A stretch of DNA of 64,000 nucleotides from Verrucomicrobiota bacterium (lineage in GTDB: Bacteria; Verrucomicrobiota; Kiritimatiellia; CAIQIC01; JAGNIJ01), in NCBI GenBank assembly GCA_036821485.1, contig DAISJM010000001.1, forward strand, positions 140,313-204,312. The letters are read 5' to 3'. The notes beneath the pieces are model-generated. The model ran no database searches. It was not told the origin of the DNA and worked only from the letters and a program-made list of their open reading frames with translations. Position 1 is the stretch's first letter. Each line of letters begins with the position of its first letter. A program made the position numbers and the translations under genes. Shown one piece after another: positions 27,475 to 36,751 of this stretch.

Positions 27475-28005
27475 CTACAAACCTTCGAACAACGATAACT
27501 GCGTTGGTTGGGCGGGCGTGGCGGGGGTCTCGTAGCCGTCATCCGTCGGGAGGTCCGCAGCCTGCCGTGCTGCGACCGCCAGTTCATCACAGCGGGAGTT
27601 TTCCTTGTTGTCCGTATGTCCCCGCACCCAGATGAAGTTCGCATCGTGCAGCGCGCAAAGATCCAGCAGGATTTCCCAGAGGTCGGGGTTCTTTGCCGGA
27701 TCCTTTCCCTTGTTGCGCGTCCAGCCATCCCGCCGCCATTGCTGCGCGTAGCCGCCGTTGATCATGTTCACAACATACTGCGCGTCGCTGTAGACGGTCA
27801 CCTTGCCATGGGGCAGTTCCAGTTCGCGCAGGGCGCGGATGACGGAGAATAGTTCCATGCGGTTGTTGGTGGTCTTGAGGAACCCGCCGGAAAGCTCTTG
27901 CCGCTGCCCGTCGGCGATCAGGACGACGCCATAGCCGCCGGGGCCGGGATTGGCCTGGCACGCGCCGTCCGTGTAGATCGTGATATCGCCGGGAGACTTG
28001 AACAT
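27475..28005 (-). CDS. rnhA: Ribonuclease HI
   Basis: IYTDGACQANPGPGGYG, TNNRMEL, YSDAQYV, KNPDLW and WVRGH..N.EN..CDELA motifs. Confidence 0.95.
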   Translation of the reverse strand: MFKSPGDITIYTDGACQANPGPGGYGVVLIADGQRQELSGGFLKTTNNRMELFSVIRALRELELPHGKVTVYSDAQYVVNMINGGYAQQWRRDGWTRNKGKDPAKNPDLWEILLDLCALHDANFIWVRGHTDNKENSRCDELAVAARQAADLPTDDGYETPATPAQPTQLSLFEGL

Positions 28006-28038
28006 CGCGGGAGTATTGCAGAGTTGGCGGCGGGATCA

Positions 28039-28057
28039 ATTTCCAAGCATCGGAAAA
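28039..28057. repeat. Degenerate solo copy of the TTTTCCAA-N3-TTGGAAAA palindrome
   Basis: ATTTCCAA-GCA-TCGGAAAA in the divergent rnhA/ABC-F promoter region (two mismatches). Confidence 0.5.
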
Positions 28058-28105
28058 TTCGTCCCTGACTCCGGGCGCTCAATGCAGTAACGTCCCCGGT
28101 CTCTC

Positions 28106-30004
28106 ATGCTAACGATTTCTGGAATGACCAAGGCTTTTGGCGAGCGCGCCCTCTTCGAGGACGTATCGCTGCAGGTCGGCGACACCGACCGGATCGGGCT
28201 TGTAGGCCCGAACGGCGCGGGCAAGTCCACGCTCTTCTCGCTCATTCTTGGGCGGGACACGGCGGATGCGGGCGAGGTGTTGATGGATCGCAATCTCTCG
28301 ATCGGGCATCTCCCGCAGGAGACCGCGCCGGTCAACGACGAGACGGTGCTGCAGTTGGCGACGGCGATCACGCCGGAGGTGGTGGAGCTTCAGCGGCGGA
28401 TGAAGGAATTCGATGCGGGGCATGACACCGAGTCGCATGATTTTCACGAGGTACAGGCGCGGTTCGACGAGGTGGGGGGCTACCAGCTTGAGCCGCGGGC
28501 CAAGACGATCCTGCGCGGGCTGGCGTTTCGGGAGAAGGATTTCGACCGGCCGCTTCGCGCGATGAGCGGCGGCTGGATCATGCGCGCGCATCTCGCGCGG
28601 CTGCTCGTTCAGCAGCCTGACCTGCTGATGCTCGACGAGCCGACGAACCACCTCGACCTTGAGGCGCTGCAATGGTTCCAGGGTTACCTCAAGACATACC
28701 CCGGTTCGATTCTGCTGATCTCGCACGATCGCGAGTTTCTGAACCAGCTCGTCGGCAGCATCGTGGAGATTCGCCAGAGCCGGCTGATTCGCTACCGCGG
28801 CAACTACGACGAATATCTTCTCCAGCGCGCGGCACAGGAGGAGCAGCAGCTCGCGGCCTACAAGGCGCAGCAGAAGAAGATCCAGCAGCTCCAGGAGTTC
28901 GCCGACCGCTTCCGGGCGAAGAATACGAAGGCTGCGCAGGCGCAATCGAAGCTCAAGCAGATCGAGCGGATGGACAAGATCGAGGCGCCGGAGCGGGACA
29001 ACCGGGCGATCAGGTTCCGGTTCCCGCAGCCGGTGCGCAGCGGGCACCGCGTCATCACGCTGAAGGACATTCATCACTCGTACGGCGAGAATGTGGTCTA
29101 TCGCGGCATGCATTTCGAGGCCGAGCGTGGCCAGCGGCTCGTGCTGGTCGGTCCAAACGGCGCGGGCAAGTCCACGCTGCTGAAGCTGCTGGCGGGCGTG
29201 CTGCCGGTCCAGTCCGGCACGCGCGAACTGGGCCTGCACGTGAAGGCAGGCTACTATGCGCAGCACCGCGTCGAAATGCTCCAGCCGGGGCGCACGGTGC
29301 TGGCCGAAGCGTTGGACACGCCGCGGCAGTTGTCGGAAGAATTCGCGCGCACGGTGCTCGGCTCATTCCTGTTCACCGGCGACGACGTGTTCAAGCAGGT
29401 GTCGGTGCTCAGCGGCGGCGAGAAGAGCCGGCTGGCGCTGGTGAAGCTGCTGCTTGATCCGCCGAATCTCCTGCTGATGGACGAGCCGACCACGCACCTG
29501 GACATGACCAGCATCGACGCGCTGATTCGCGCGTTGGAGCCGTTCGAGGGCACGCTCATCTTCATCAGCCACGACGTCTACTTCATTCGCAAGCTGGCCC
29601 GGCAGGTGTTGCACGTCGATGCCGGGCGGCTCACGCCCTATCACGGCGATTACCAGTACTACCTCGACAAGGCGGCGGTGCAGGCGGCGTGCGCAGCGGG
29701 GCTGCCCAAGCCTGCCAAGCCGCCGGAAGAGAAGTCGAAGAAGCGGCTCGAGGCTGAAGCGCGCCAAGCGCGCTCGCGCGAGCGGCGCGGGTTGGAGAAG
29801 GAAGTCGACAAACTCGAAGCGGAAATCGCCCGGCTGGAACTTAAGCAGAAGGAGTTCGCCACCGAGCTCGAGAATCCCGCGACCTATGACCAACCCGGCC
29901 GTGCGGTCGCCGTGAACCGCGAGCTTCAATACGTTACCGAGGATCTCGAACGCGCGACCAAGGAGTGGGAAGCCGCCGCGTCGAAGCTGGAAGCGCTGCA
30001 GTAG
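28106..30004 (+). CDS. ABC-F family ribosome-associated ATPase (YheS/YdiF-like)
   Basis: Two GPNGAGKST Walker A motifs, LDEPTNHLD/MDEPTTHLD, PtIM linker and C-terminal coiled coil; no TM segments. Confidence 0.9.
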   Translation: MLTISGMTKAFGERALFEDVSLQVGDTDRIGLVGPNGAGKSTLFSLILGRDTADAGEVLMDRNLSIGHLPQETAPVNDETVLQLATAITPEVVELQRRMKEFDAGHDTESHDFHEVQARFDEVGGYQLEPRAKTILRGLAFREKDFDRPLRAMSGGWIMRAHLARLLVQQPDLLMLDEPTNHLDLEALQWFQGYLKTYPGSILLISHDREFLNQLVGSIVEIRQSRLIRYRGNYDEYLLQRAAQEEQQLAAYKAQQKKIQQLQEFADRFRAKNTKAAQAQSKLKQIERMDKIEAPERDNRAIRFRFPQPVRSGHRVITLKDIHHSYGENVVYRGMHFEAERGQRLVLVGPNGAGKSTLLKLLAGVLPVQSGTRELGLHVKAGYYAQHRVEMLQPGRTVLAEALDTPRQLSEEFARTVLGSFLFTGDDVFKQVSVLSGGEKSRLALVKLLLDPPNLLLMDEPTTHLDMTSIDALIRALEPFEGTLIFISHDVYFIRKLARQVLHVDAGRLTPYHGDYQYYLDKAAVQAACAAGLPKPAKPPEEKSKKRLEAEARQARSRERRGLEKEVDKLEAEIARLELKQKEFATELENPATYDQPGRAVAVNRELQYVTEDLERATKEWEAAASKLEALQ

Positions 30005-30043
30005 CCTTTCGCCTGACCACCTATCCTGCACGAGAACGGAATC

Positions 30044-30082
30044 TTGACATGCATGCATGACTCGTGTAGTCATGCATACATG
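30044..30082 (+). promoter_or_regulatory. vapBC promoter/operator; probably leaderless
   Basis: TTGACA at 30044-30049; inverted repeat CATGcATGCATGAC-N7-GTCATGCATaCATG ending on the vapB ATG; no SD. Confidence 0.65.
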
Positions 30083-30319
30083 AAGACGATTACTCTGACG
30101 GACGAGGCCTATGAGCGGTTGCTCTCCTGGAAGGGTGCCTCCAAGGAATCGTTTTCCAAGGTGGTGCTGTCGGTCGTTCCTAAGAAAGGAACCTTGGGGC
30201 AGATGTTGGAAGACGTGAAATCCCTGCCGGCGTTGTCGTCGAGACAGGTCAGGGTGATGGAGGAGGCCGCAACCTGGGGCAGGAAGCCTGAGACGCTGAA
30301 GGACAAATGGACCTCCTAG
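30080..30319 (+). CDS. vapB: VapB-type antitoxin (archaeal-style VAPB_antitox/DUF217-like)
   Basis: MKTITLTDEAYERL...ESFSKVV; overlaps the PIN toxin gene. Confidence 0.75.
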   Translation: MKTITLTDEAYERLLSWKGASKESFSKVVLSVVPKKGTLGQMLEDVKSLPALSSRQVRVMEEAATWGRKPETLKDKWTS

Positions 30320-30714
30320 CTGACACCACGTTCCTGATCGATCTATGGCGGGAGCAACGCGCCCCGGGTTCCGCCACGAGTTTCGCCAAGCGGAGCGCGG
30401 ACCTTGCGTTGGGATTGCCCTGGGTTGTTGTGGGGGAATTCCTCAGTGGAGGAGTGCTTGCCGGGCAGGATGGAGAACTCCTGGACGCTTTTGTGCAGCG
30501 CTATTCCATCATTCATTCCACGGATCGTATCGTGAACAGCTATGCGCAGATCTTCGCCTCTGTTCGAAAGGAGAGGATTTCCATGGGGCCCAACGATCTC
30601 TGGATTGCGGCATGTGCGGATGCTCTTGATCTTCCCTTGGTCACGCGGAACGCGGCGGACTTTGAGGTGGTATCATCCATTCGTGTGTTGAGTTACAAGG
30701 ACGGGGGTCTGTGA
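30307..30714 (+). CDS. vapC: PIN-domain VapC toxin
   Basis: LADTTFLID, VVGEF, GPNDLWIAA and LVTRNAADF acidic PIN motifs. Confidence 0.9.
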   Translation: MDLLADTTFLIDLWREQRAPGSATSFAKRSADLALGLPWVVVGEFLSGGVLAGQDGELLDAFVQRYSIIHSTDRIVNSYAQIFASVRKERISMGPNDLWIAACADALDLPLVTRNAADFEVVSSIRVLSYKDGGL

Positions 30715-30727
30715 ACGGGAGGTGGCC

Positions 30728-31240
30728 ATGAAGCGATGGATACTGTGCATGTGCCTGATGGGGATGTTGGCTGGGACGTCGTGGAGCGAGGAGAATGCAG
30801 CGCCTCCGCCGAAGGAAGAGAAGAAGGGGCACAGTTTTGGCCACAAGGTGTTGTTCTATCTGCCCAACCGCGCGTTCGATCTTTTTGACATGGTGCGACT
30901 GCGTCTTCGCCTCGGACCGGGGTTGGCTGTTGGCGTGCGCGCGACGGAGCCTCTCAGTGCCTACCTGGGTTCCTATGTCTCGGTGTACGGCGGTTTGCCC
31001 GGGCCCCGGCAAAGGCGTGGGATTCCGATTCCTGTCGGCTTTGAAAGCTACAACGGGGCGACGTTGAGCGTTGTTCACGCGGCCACCGGGGTGGGGCTCG
31101 GCCCGGACTACTCCCCGACTGAAATCGGCGGCAGCCTGCACCTTCTTATCATCGGCGCAGACGTGGATGTGGATCCGATGGAGGTCGTCGACCTGCTCGT
31201 GGGCTTCTTTGGTTTCGACCCGCGCCACGACGATTTCTGA
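30728..31240 (+). CDS. Exported hypothetical protein
   Basis: Signal peptide; Gly-rich beta-type body (LFYLPNRAFDLFD...); GGAGG-like RBS. Confidence 0.65.
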   Translation: MKRWILCMCLMGMLAGTSWSEENAAPPPKEEKKGHSFGHKVLFYLPNRAFDLFDMVRLRLRLGPGLAVGVRATEPLSAYLGSYVSVYGGLPGPRQRRGIPIPVGFESYNGATLSVVHAATGVGLGPDYSPTEIGGSLHLLIIGADVDVDPMEVVDLLVGFFGFDPRHDDF

Positions 31241-31375
31241 CGCACCTCTCGAGGAGTCGGCGAATTCATATTTGGGCCTGTTTCGGGCCTAATTCGTTAT
31301 AGTAAAGCGCTTGACGTTCGTGTCTGGGCGGGTTAACTATTATCTCATCCCAATTTCATAGTGGAGGGTGTGGCG

Positions 31376-32146
31376 ATGAGAAAGCTATTCATCGTTGCCT
31401 TGTTTGTGGTTTGTGTGGCCGTGACTCACGCGTCGCTGTTGGCTTCCGACAACGCAAGCGATGCTGCCTATAACAACGGTTGGACGAATGGTGCTGACGG
31501 CGGGACGGGATTTGGCGCCTGGACACTGAATGCGGCGGCCAACGCCGGGTACTTCGTCGGCTCTTCGGTCAACAACGGAACCTTTCCCAGCGGTGGCATC
31601 GACACGTCCGGAGGAAAGTCGTGGGGTTTCTACGCGAATAGCGGTTCGTCGGCGCACGGCTACCGGCAGTTTGAAGGCGGGGCGCTTTCGGTCGGACAGT
31701 ATTTCATGATTGATTACGACAACGGCTGGCTTGGCGGTGGGTCGAGCGTTGGCTGGGGTCTCCAGAATGCCAGCGGCGAGAATCTGTTTGAGTGGTACTT
31801 CGCGGGTGGTGATTCCTTCTACACGATCAACAAGTATGGGGGCATCGGCGCCAGCAGCAATGGATGGACCGATGGCGGCTTGAAGCTTCAGTTCGGTTTG
31901 GTCAGCACCACGAACTTCTCATTGTCGGTCATTCAGGGTACGCAAACCAACACCTACAGTGGCTCGCTTCTCGCTCCGGCCGATCAAGGCATCCAGCAGG
32001 TGCACGTCTGGAACTACAACGCAGGGTCCGGCCAGAACTACGACGCTTTTGTCAACAGCATGCAGGTGGTTCCGGAACCGTCCGCGATTATCCTGACACT
32101 GCTGGGCGCGGGCATGCTCCTCGGGCTTGTGCTCAAGATGTTCTGA
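31376..32146 (+). CDS. PEP-CTERM sorting-domain surface protein
   Basis: Signal peptide; Gly/Asn/Trp-rich domain; C-terminal VPEPS plus hydrophobic helix. Confidence 0.88.
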   Translation: MRKLFIVALFVVCVAVTHASLLASDNASDAAYNNGWTNGADGGTGFGAWTLNAAANAGYFVGSSVNNGTFPSGGIDTSGGKSWGFYANSGSSAHGYRQFEGGALSVGQYFMIDYDNGWLGGGSSVGWGLQNASGENLFEWYFAGGDSFYTINKYGGIGASSNGWTDGGLKLQFGLVSTTNFSLSVIQGTQTNTYSGSLLAPADQGIQQVHVWNYNAGSGQNYDAFVNSMQVVPEPSAIILTLLGAGMLLGLVLKMF

Positions 32147-32153
32147 CGCCGGC

Positions 32154-33146
32154 TCAAATGCCTGTCAGCGATGGCTCGTCGAGCAGCGTCGGCTTGCTTT
32201 CCAGAAATGCGAGCGCTGTTTCCCTTGCCGCATCGAGCGTCGGCGCGTTGGACACGGCGGCCTGAAATCCGTGGCCGAACGTAAAGTTCCGCGCGTAGTA
32301 CTTGGTGAACAGCTTGATCCGTGAGATGGCGACTTCAGGCGCGAAATCCTCGAGGATGTTGTCGAACATGCTCGTCCAGACCTTCGTATAATCCACGCTT
32401 GCAGGCTTGTTCCAGCCCGCGAAAACCCATGGCTGGGCGATGGCCATGCGCCCGATCATCAATCCTGCAGCGGGCTTGAACAGCTCCGGATTTTTGCGAA
32501 GGATGGCCGATCCCATGATGTCGCCGTTGGCGATGATGGGGATGCGTGTGAGCGATGCAGCCCACGCGAGATGCTCATGCCGCGCGCGTCGCTTGAACTT
32601 GTCCTCGAAGAAACGCGGATGAAGAACGACGGCATCGACACCGTTATCTTCGAAGCATTTCATTCTCTCCGTGAACCGTTCCTGCCAGCCGTCGGCGTCG
32701 CGGCCCAATCGGATCTTCACGGTAAGCAATCCGGGCCAGCAGCGGCGGACGGTTGCAAGCACGGAGGTCAGCGCGGGCAGGTCCTCGAATAGACTGCTGC
32801 CGGCGTCGAGGTTGCGGATCACGGGCGCGTGGCAGGCGAGATTGATATCGACGCCGTCGGGGCCTATTTCTGCAAGACGCGAGATGATTCGCTCGATCGG
32901 GTCATCCTGGCGGAGCATCAACTGGTAGATCAGGCGATGCTCGCCGGGGCTTCTGCGGAGATAGGGTGAGCAACGCGGGTCCTCGCGCAGGATCTGTTTC
33001 GCCGCGAGCATTTCGGTCCAGAATCCGCCGCAGCCGCCAAAGTTGGCGACGACGCGCCGAAAGGCGCTGTGCGTGAGCCCCGCCAGTGGCGCGCAGAACA
33101 GCGCGGGGTTGAACGTGACTCCGCGAATGGTTGCTTCCTTGAACAT
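32154..33146 (-). CDS. tRNA-dihydrouridine synthase family protein
   Basis: APLAGLTHSAFRR, DINLAC, LTVKIRLG, IANGDI and GLMIGR motifs; start uncertain. Confidence 0.8.
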   Translation of the reverse strand: MFKEATIRGVTFNPALFCAPLAGLTHSAFRRVVANFGGCGGFWTEMLAAKQILREDPRCSPYLRRSPGEHRLIYQLMLRQDDPIERIISRLAEIGPDGVDINLACHAPVIRNLDAGSSLFEDLPALTSVLATVRRCWPGLLTVKIRLGRDADGWQERFTERMKCFEDNGVDAVVLHPRFFEDKFKRRARHEHLAWAASLTRIPIIANGDIMGSAILRKNPELFKPAAGLMIGRMAIAQPWVFAGWNKPASVDYTKVWTSMFDNILEDFAPEVAISRIKLFTKYYARNFTFGHGFQAAVSNAPTLDAARETALAFLESKPTLLDEPSLTGI

Positions 33147-33289
33147 CGATGGCCCCATCAATAGCAGAAAAGCCGACATGTTGCGCCATATCCTGCGATT
33201 CTTGCTTGTGCCCCAATTAGCTTGTGTTTTTGGGATAAAATGCAGATAAGTCTCCATTGAGAGCGGTTGCAGTAACGGGGGGCTGTTCC

Positions 33290-35485
33290 ATGTGTTCCAA
33301 GCATTTCATTGCACTGCAGAAGGTGGCGTTTCTGCTGGGCTCCTTTCTGCTGGCCGGGACGGCCTTGTCAGCAACGCTGCATGTAGATGCCGCAAACCCA
33401 TCCTGCGACAACGTGGAGGGCGCACCGTACTGCTCTCTCCAGTCGGCGATTGACGCCGCGACCCCGGGCGACACGATCATCGTCAGCAATGGCGTCTACG
33501 CCGGCGAGATCGTTGTGAACAAGCCGCTGACGATCGAGGGCTCAGGCGATACGAGGCTGGCCGGCAGCGCCAACCAGCGCGCGGTGTTTGTCCAAGCTGG
33601 CCATGCGGTGACGCTTCGCAATGTGATCATCGTAAACGGCGATAAGGACATCGGTGGCGGCATCCTAAATGAAGGCACCCTGACGATCATCGACAGCACG
33701 ATCGTGAGCAACACGGCAAACGGGAACCTGACGCAGGTGACCGGACGTGGCGGCGCAATCTACAACGCTGCGACGGTCAGCTTGGAGCGCTGTGTCGTGG
33801 AGTGGAACCGGGCGGTGGGCGACTACGGCTACGGCTATGCGTCCCGCGGCGGTGCGATCTACTGCACGGCCAATGCCACCCTCGTGATCAGCAACAGCAC
33901 GATCCGTGACAACACAGCGGACAGGACCGGCAACACCAGTATCCGTGACGGTGTGGATGGCTACGGTGGGGGCATTTGTGCCGAGGGCTACACGCTCCTC
34001 GTGGACTCGACGGTTGCCGGCAACACGGCGTGCGGATCGTATGGCTACCGCTACGGCGGCGGCTCGTACGGCGGCGGTATTCACAACCAGGGCACGCTGA
34101 TCATCCGCAACTGCACGATCGCGAGCAACGTCGCGGACCTGAGCCTGACCCGCGCCTACTACGGCGGCGGTGGCGGCGCGATCTATAACACGGCGACGGT
34201 CATCGTGGAGCGTTCCTCGGTGGAGTACAACCGGGTGTTCACGGACTTCAATAGCCTGGGGTTCGTGGTTCGCGGGGGCGGGATCGGCTGCGCGGCCGGC
34301 ACCACGCTCGTGATCAGCAACAGCGTGATTCTCGGGAATATGGCCGAGGGAAGTCCGGGTTCCCGTCCTCAGATCGGTGGTGGGGGTATTTGCTCCGAGG
34401 GCGGCACGCTCCTCGTGAACTCGACAGTCGCCAGCAATACGGCGTACGCAGTCGTCGATGCGAGCGGCGCGGCGTACGGGGGTGGCATCTACTCCCTGGG
34501 CACGCTGGAGATTCTGAACTGCACGATTGCGCAGAACTACGCCCACGCCGGGGGAACTCCGAGCGGTTACTCTGCTGCCCAAGGTGGCGGCGTTTACGCG
34601 CTGAATCGCTCCGTCACCCTCCGCAACACGATCCTGGCCGACAACCTCGCGACCTCCACCCAGCCCGACTTGTACGGAACGGTCAACTCACTCGGCTATA
34701 ACCTCATCGAGAGTTTCTGCACCATCACCAACGTCACCGCGTCGGTGATTACCGGAACGGATCCGTTGCTTGCGCCATGCCGGTCGTACGGTGGCGCGCG
34801 CCCCGCGTTCCTTCTCCGGCTCGGCAGCCCGGCGATTGACCACGGCGGCGCGGGCGGCCCGTCCGCCGACCAGCGCGGGGTCCCGCGCCCCCTGGACTTC
34901 GACGGTGTCGCGAACGCCGATGACGGTTCTGACATCGGCGCCGTCGAGTTTGACAATCGTGATTTGGATTCGGACGGGATGTTCAACGACTGGGAGTTCC
35001 AGAACAGTCTCAACCCAACCAACGCGGGAGACGCCACGCAAGACCCGGACGGCGACGACCTGAACAATCTGGCGGAGTTTCAGCATGTGACCGATCCCGG
35101 AAACTCCGACACCGACGGCGACGGCATGGGGGACGGTTGGGAATCGCTGTACGCCTTCAACCCGACCAACGCGGCTGATGCACTGGAAGACTTGGACGGT
35201 GACGGCGCGCTGAATCGCGACGAGTTCATCGCGGACACCCATCCGACGAACGCGGCATCGAGGTTCGTGCTCAGCATCGGCTGGACGGCGACGCAGAACG
35301 TGTATTGCCTGTCTGTGCCGTCCTCCACCGCGCGGCAATACCTCTTGCAGTACAGAACGAACCTGGAGAGCGGCGCATGGAATGATGTGGCGGCCGAGAC
35401 CGCCGGCAACGGCGGCACGTTGTCCGTGAGCTCGACCAACACGTTGTTCTGCATCTACTACCGCGCGAAGGTGCGGAAGCCGTAG
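33290..35485 (+). CDS. Secreted beta-helix (PMP/pectin-lyase-like repeat) protein with choice-of-anchor-Q-like domain, DxDGDG repeats and ...YYR C-terminal domain
   Basis: SLQSAIDAATPGDTI; repeated GGAIYN/GGGI..N motifs; GYNLI...DPLLAP...SPAIDHG...DQRG...DIGAVE. Confidence 0.82.
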   Translation: MCSKHFIALQKVAFLLGSFLLAGTALSATLHVDAANPSCDNVEGAPYCSLQSAIDAATPGDTIIVSNGVYAGEIVVNKPLTIEGSGDTRLAGSANQRAVFVQAGHAVTLRNVIIVNGDKDIGGGILNEGTLTIIDSTIVSNTANGNLTQVTGRGGAIYNAATVSLERCVVEWNRAVGDYGYGYASRGGAIYCTANATLVISNSTIRDNTADRTGNTSIRDGVDGYGGGICAEGYTLLVDSTVAGNTACGSYGYRYGGGSYGGGIHNQGTLIIRNCTIASNVADLSLTRAYYGGGGGAIYNTATVIVERSSVEYNRVFTDFNSLGFVVRGGGIGCAAGTTLVISNSVILGNMAEGSPGSRPQIGGGGICSEGGTLLVNSTVASNTAYAVVDASGAAYGGGIYSLGTLEILNCTIAQNYAHAGGTPSGYSAAQGGGVYALNRSVTLRNTILADNLATSTQPDLYGTVNSLGYNLIESFCTITNVTASVITGTDPLLAPCRSYGGARPAFLLRLGSPAIDHGGAGGPSADQRGVPRPLDFDGVANADDGSDIGAVEFDNRDLDSDGMFNDWEFQNSLNPTNAGDATQDPDGDDLNNLAEFQHVTDPGNSDTDGDGMGDGWESLYAFNPTNAADALEDLDGDGALNRDEFIADTHPTNAASRFVLSIGWTATQNVYCLSVPSSTARQYLLQYRTNLESGAWNDVAAETAGNGGTLSVSSTNTLFCIYYRAKVRKP

Positions 35486-35512
35486 CGCCTGAATCTGGGC
35501 TGCGCTGAACCC

Positions 35513-35542
35513 GGGGGCCGCGGCAGAGATGCCACGGCCCCC
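35513..35542. terminator. GC-rich hairpin between convergent genes
   Basis: GGGGGCCG-C-GGCA-gaga-TGCC-A-CGGCCCCC followed by a T-rich tail on plus. Confidence 0.6.
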
Positions 35543-35554
35543 GTTGTGTTTTCA

Positions 35555-36751
35555 TCACGGCAGCAGGGTCCACAGCTCCCGGGCCAGGATCCGCATGCCG
35601 GTCTCCATCGACGCGTCGTCCGCGTGCGTGAAGTTCAGCCGCATGGTGTTGAACTCCGGCCGGCCGGGGTAGAACGAGCGGCCTGGCGCAAAGGCCACGC
35701 CGTGCCGGATCGTCGCCGCCAGCAGCTCATCGGCCGACACGGCCTCGGGCAGCGTGACCCAGATGAACATGCCGCCCTGCGGCGTCGTGTATTTTGTGCC
35801 GGGCGGGAACAGCGTCCGGATCCAGTGAAGCATCCGGTCGCGCTGATGCCGATACGCCTCGCGCAGGCCGGCGATATGCCGGTCCATGTCGAGGTGCGTC
35901 AGGCATTCGTAGAGCACCCGCTGCGTCAGGTCGCTGGAGCAGAGGTCGGACGCCTGCTTGGCGACGGTCATGTGCCGCAGGATTTCCGGGCGCGCGTAGG
36001 CCCAGCCCATACGCAGGCCGGGCGAGAGCACCTTGGAAAAGGAGCCCATCAGCACGGCGGACTGCTCCGGGTCGCGGAGCACGGGCCGCTCGTCCTCTCC
36101 CTCAAACCGCAGTTCGCGGTACGGGTCGTCTTCCACGAGCACCGTGTCGTACATGCGCAGCAGGTGTGACACGGCACACCGGTTCTCTCCCGAGTAGCTC
36201 AGGCCTGTCGGGTTCTGGAAGTTCGGCACCAGGTAGATCAGCTTCGGCGACCAGCGTTCCAGCGCTTCGGCCAGCAGGTACGGATCCATGCCGTCGCTGT
36301 TCAGGCGCACCGGCACGAACCGTGGCTGGTAGAGCTCGAACGCCTGGATGGCGCTGAGGTACGCCGGCGATTCCATCACCACCGGATCGCCCGGCTCGAT
36401 GAACACCTTGCCGACAAGGTCCAGCGCCTGCTGTGACCCGTTCGTGATCAACACGTCATCCGGCGATGCAGTGATCCCGCGTCGTGGCAGGACATGCTCC
36501 GCCACGTATTCGCGCAGCGGGAGAAAGCCCTCGCTCGACGAATACTGAAGGGCGGAGGAGCCGTGATCCTTCAGGACGCGCGCGGCGGCCTCGGCGATGG
36601 TATCAACCGGGAACAGCCGGGGGCTGGGCAGACCTCCTCCGAAAGAGATCACATTGCGGCTCGAAGCCGCCTTCATGATCTCGCGCACGCAGCTCGGGCG
36701 CAGCGTGAGCACGCGTCCCGCGAAGCGGGTCTCAGTCCGGGTTGTGGTCAT
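35555..36751 (-). CDS. Fold-type I PLP aminotransferase (MocR-like/2-aminoadipate-type)
   Basis: ISFGGGLP, GSQQALDL, PNFQNPTG, VEDDPY and GSFSKVLSPGLRMGW motifs. Confidence 0.9.
   Translation of the reverse strand: MTTTRTETRFAGRVLTLRPSCVREIMKAASSRNVISFGGGLPSPRLFPVDTIAEAAARVLKDHGSSALQYSSSEGFLPLREYVAEHVLPRRGITASPDDVLITNGSQQALDLVGKVFIEPGDPVVMESPAYLSAIQAFELYQPRFVPVRLNSDGMDPYLLAEALERWSPKLIYLVPNFQNPTGLSYSGENRCAVSHLLRMYDTVLVEDDPYRELRFEGEDERPVLRDPEQSAVLMGSFSKVLSPGLRMGWAYARPEILRHMTVAKQASDLCSSDLTQRVLYECLTHLDMDRHIAGLREAYRHQRDRMLHWIRTLFPPGTKYTTPQGGMFIWVTLPEAVSADELLAATIRHGVAFAPGRSFYPGRPEFNTMRLNFTHADDASMETGMRILARELWTLLP

Noticed and set aside
25936-30004. Cfr plus ARE-ABC-F antibiotic-resistance cluster
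   Set aside because: The ABC-F looks like housekeeping YheS/YdiF type with a C-terminal coiled coil, the genes are separated by ppnP and rnhA, and nothing specifically indicates Cfr.
6486-33257. Extended N-termini in the ORF track (8171, 9326, 12964, 18459, 33257 starts)
   Set aside because: They overlap neighbouring genes or promoters; downstream ATGs with an RBS and/or signal peptide fit better.
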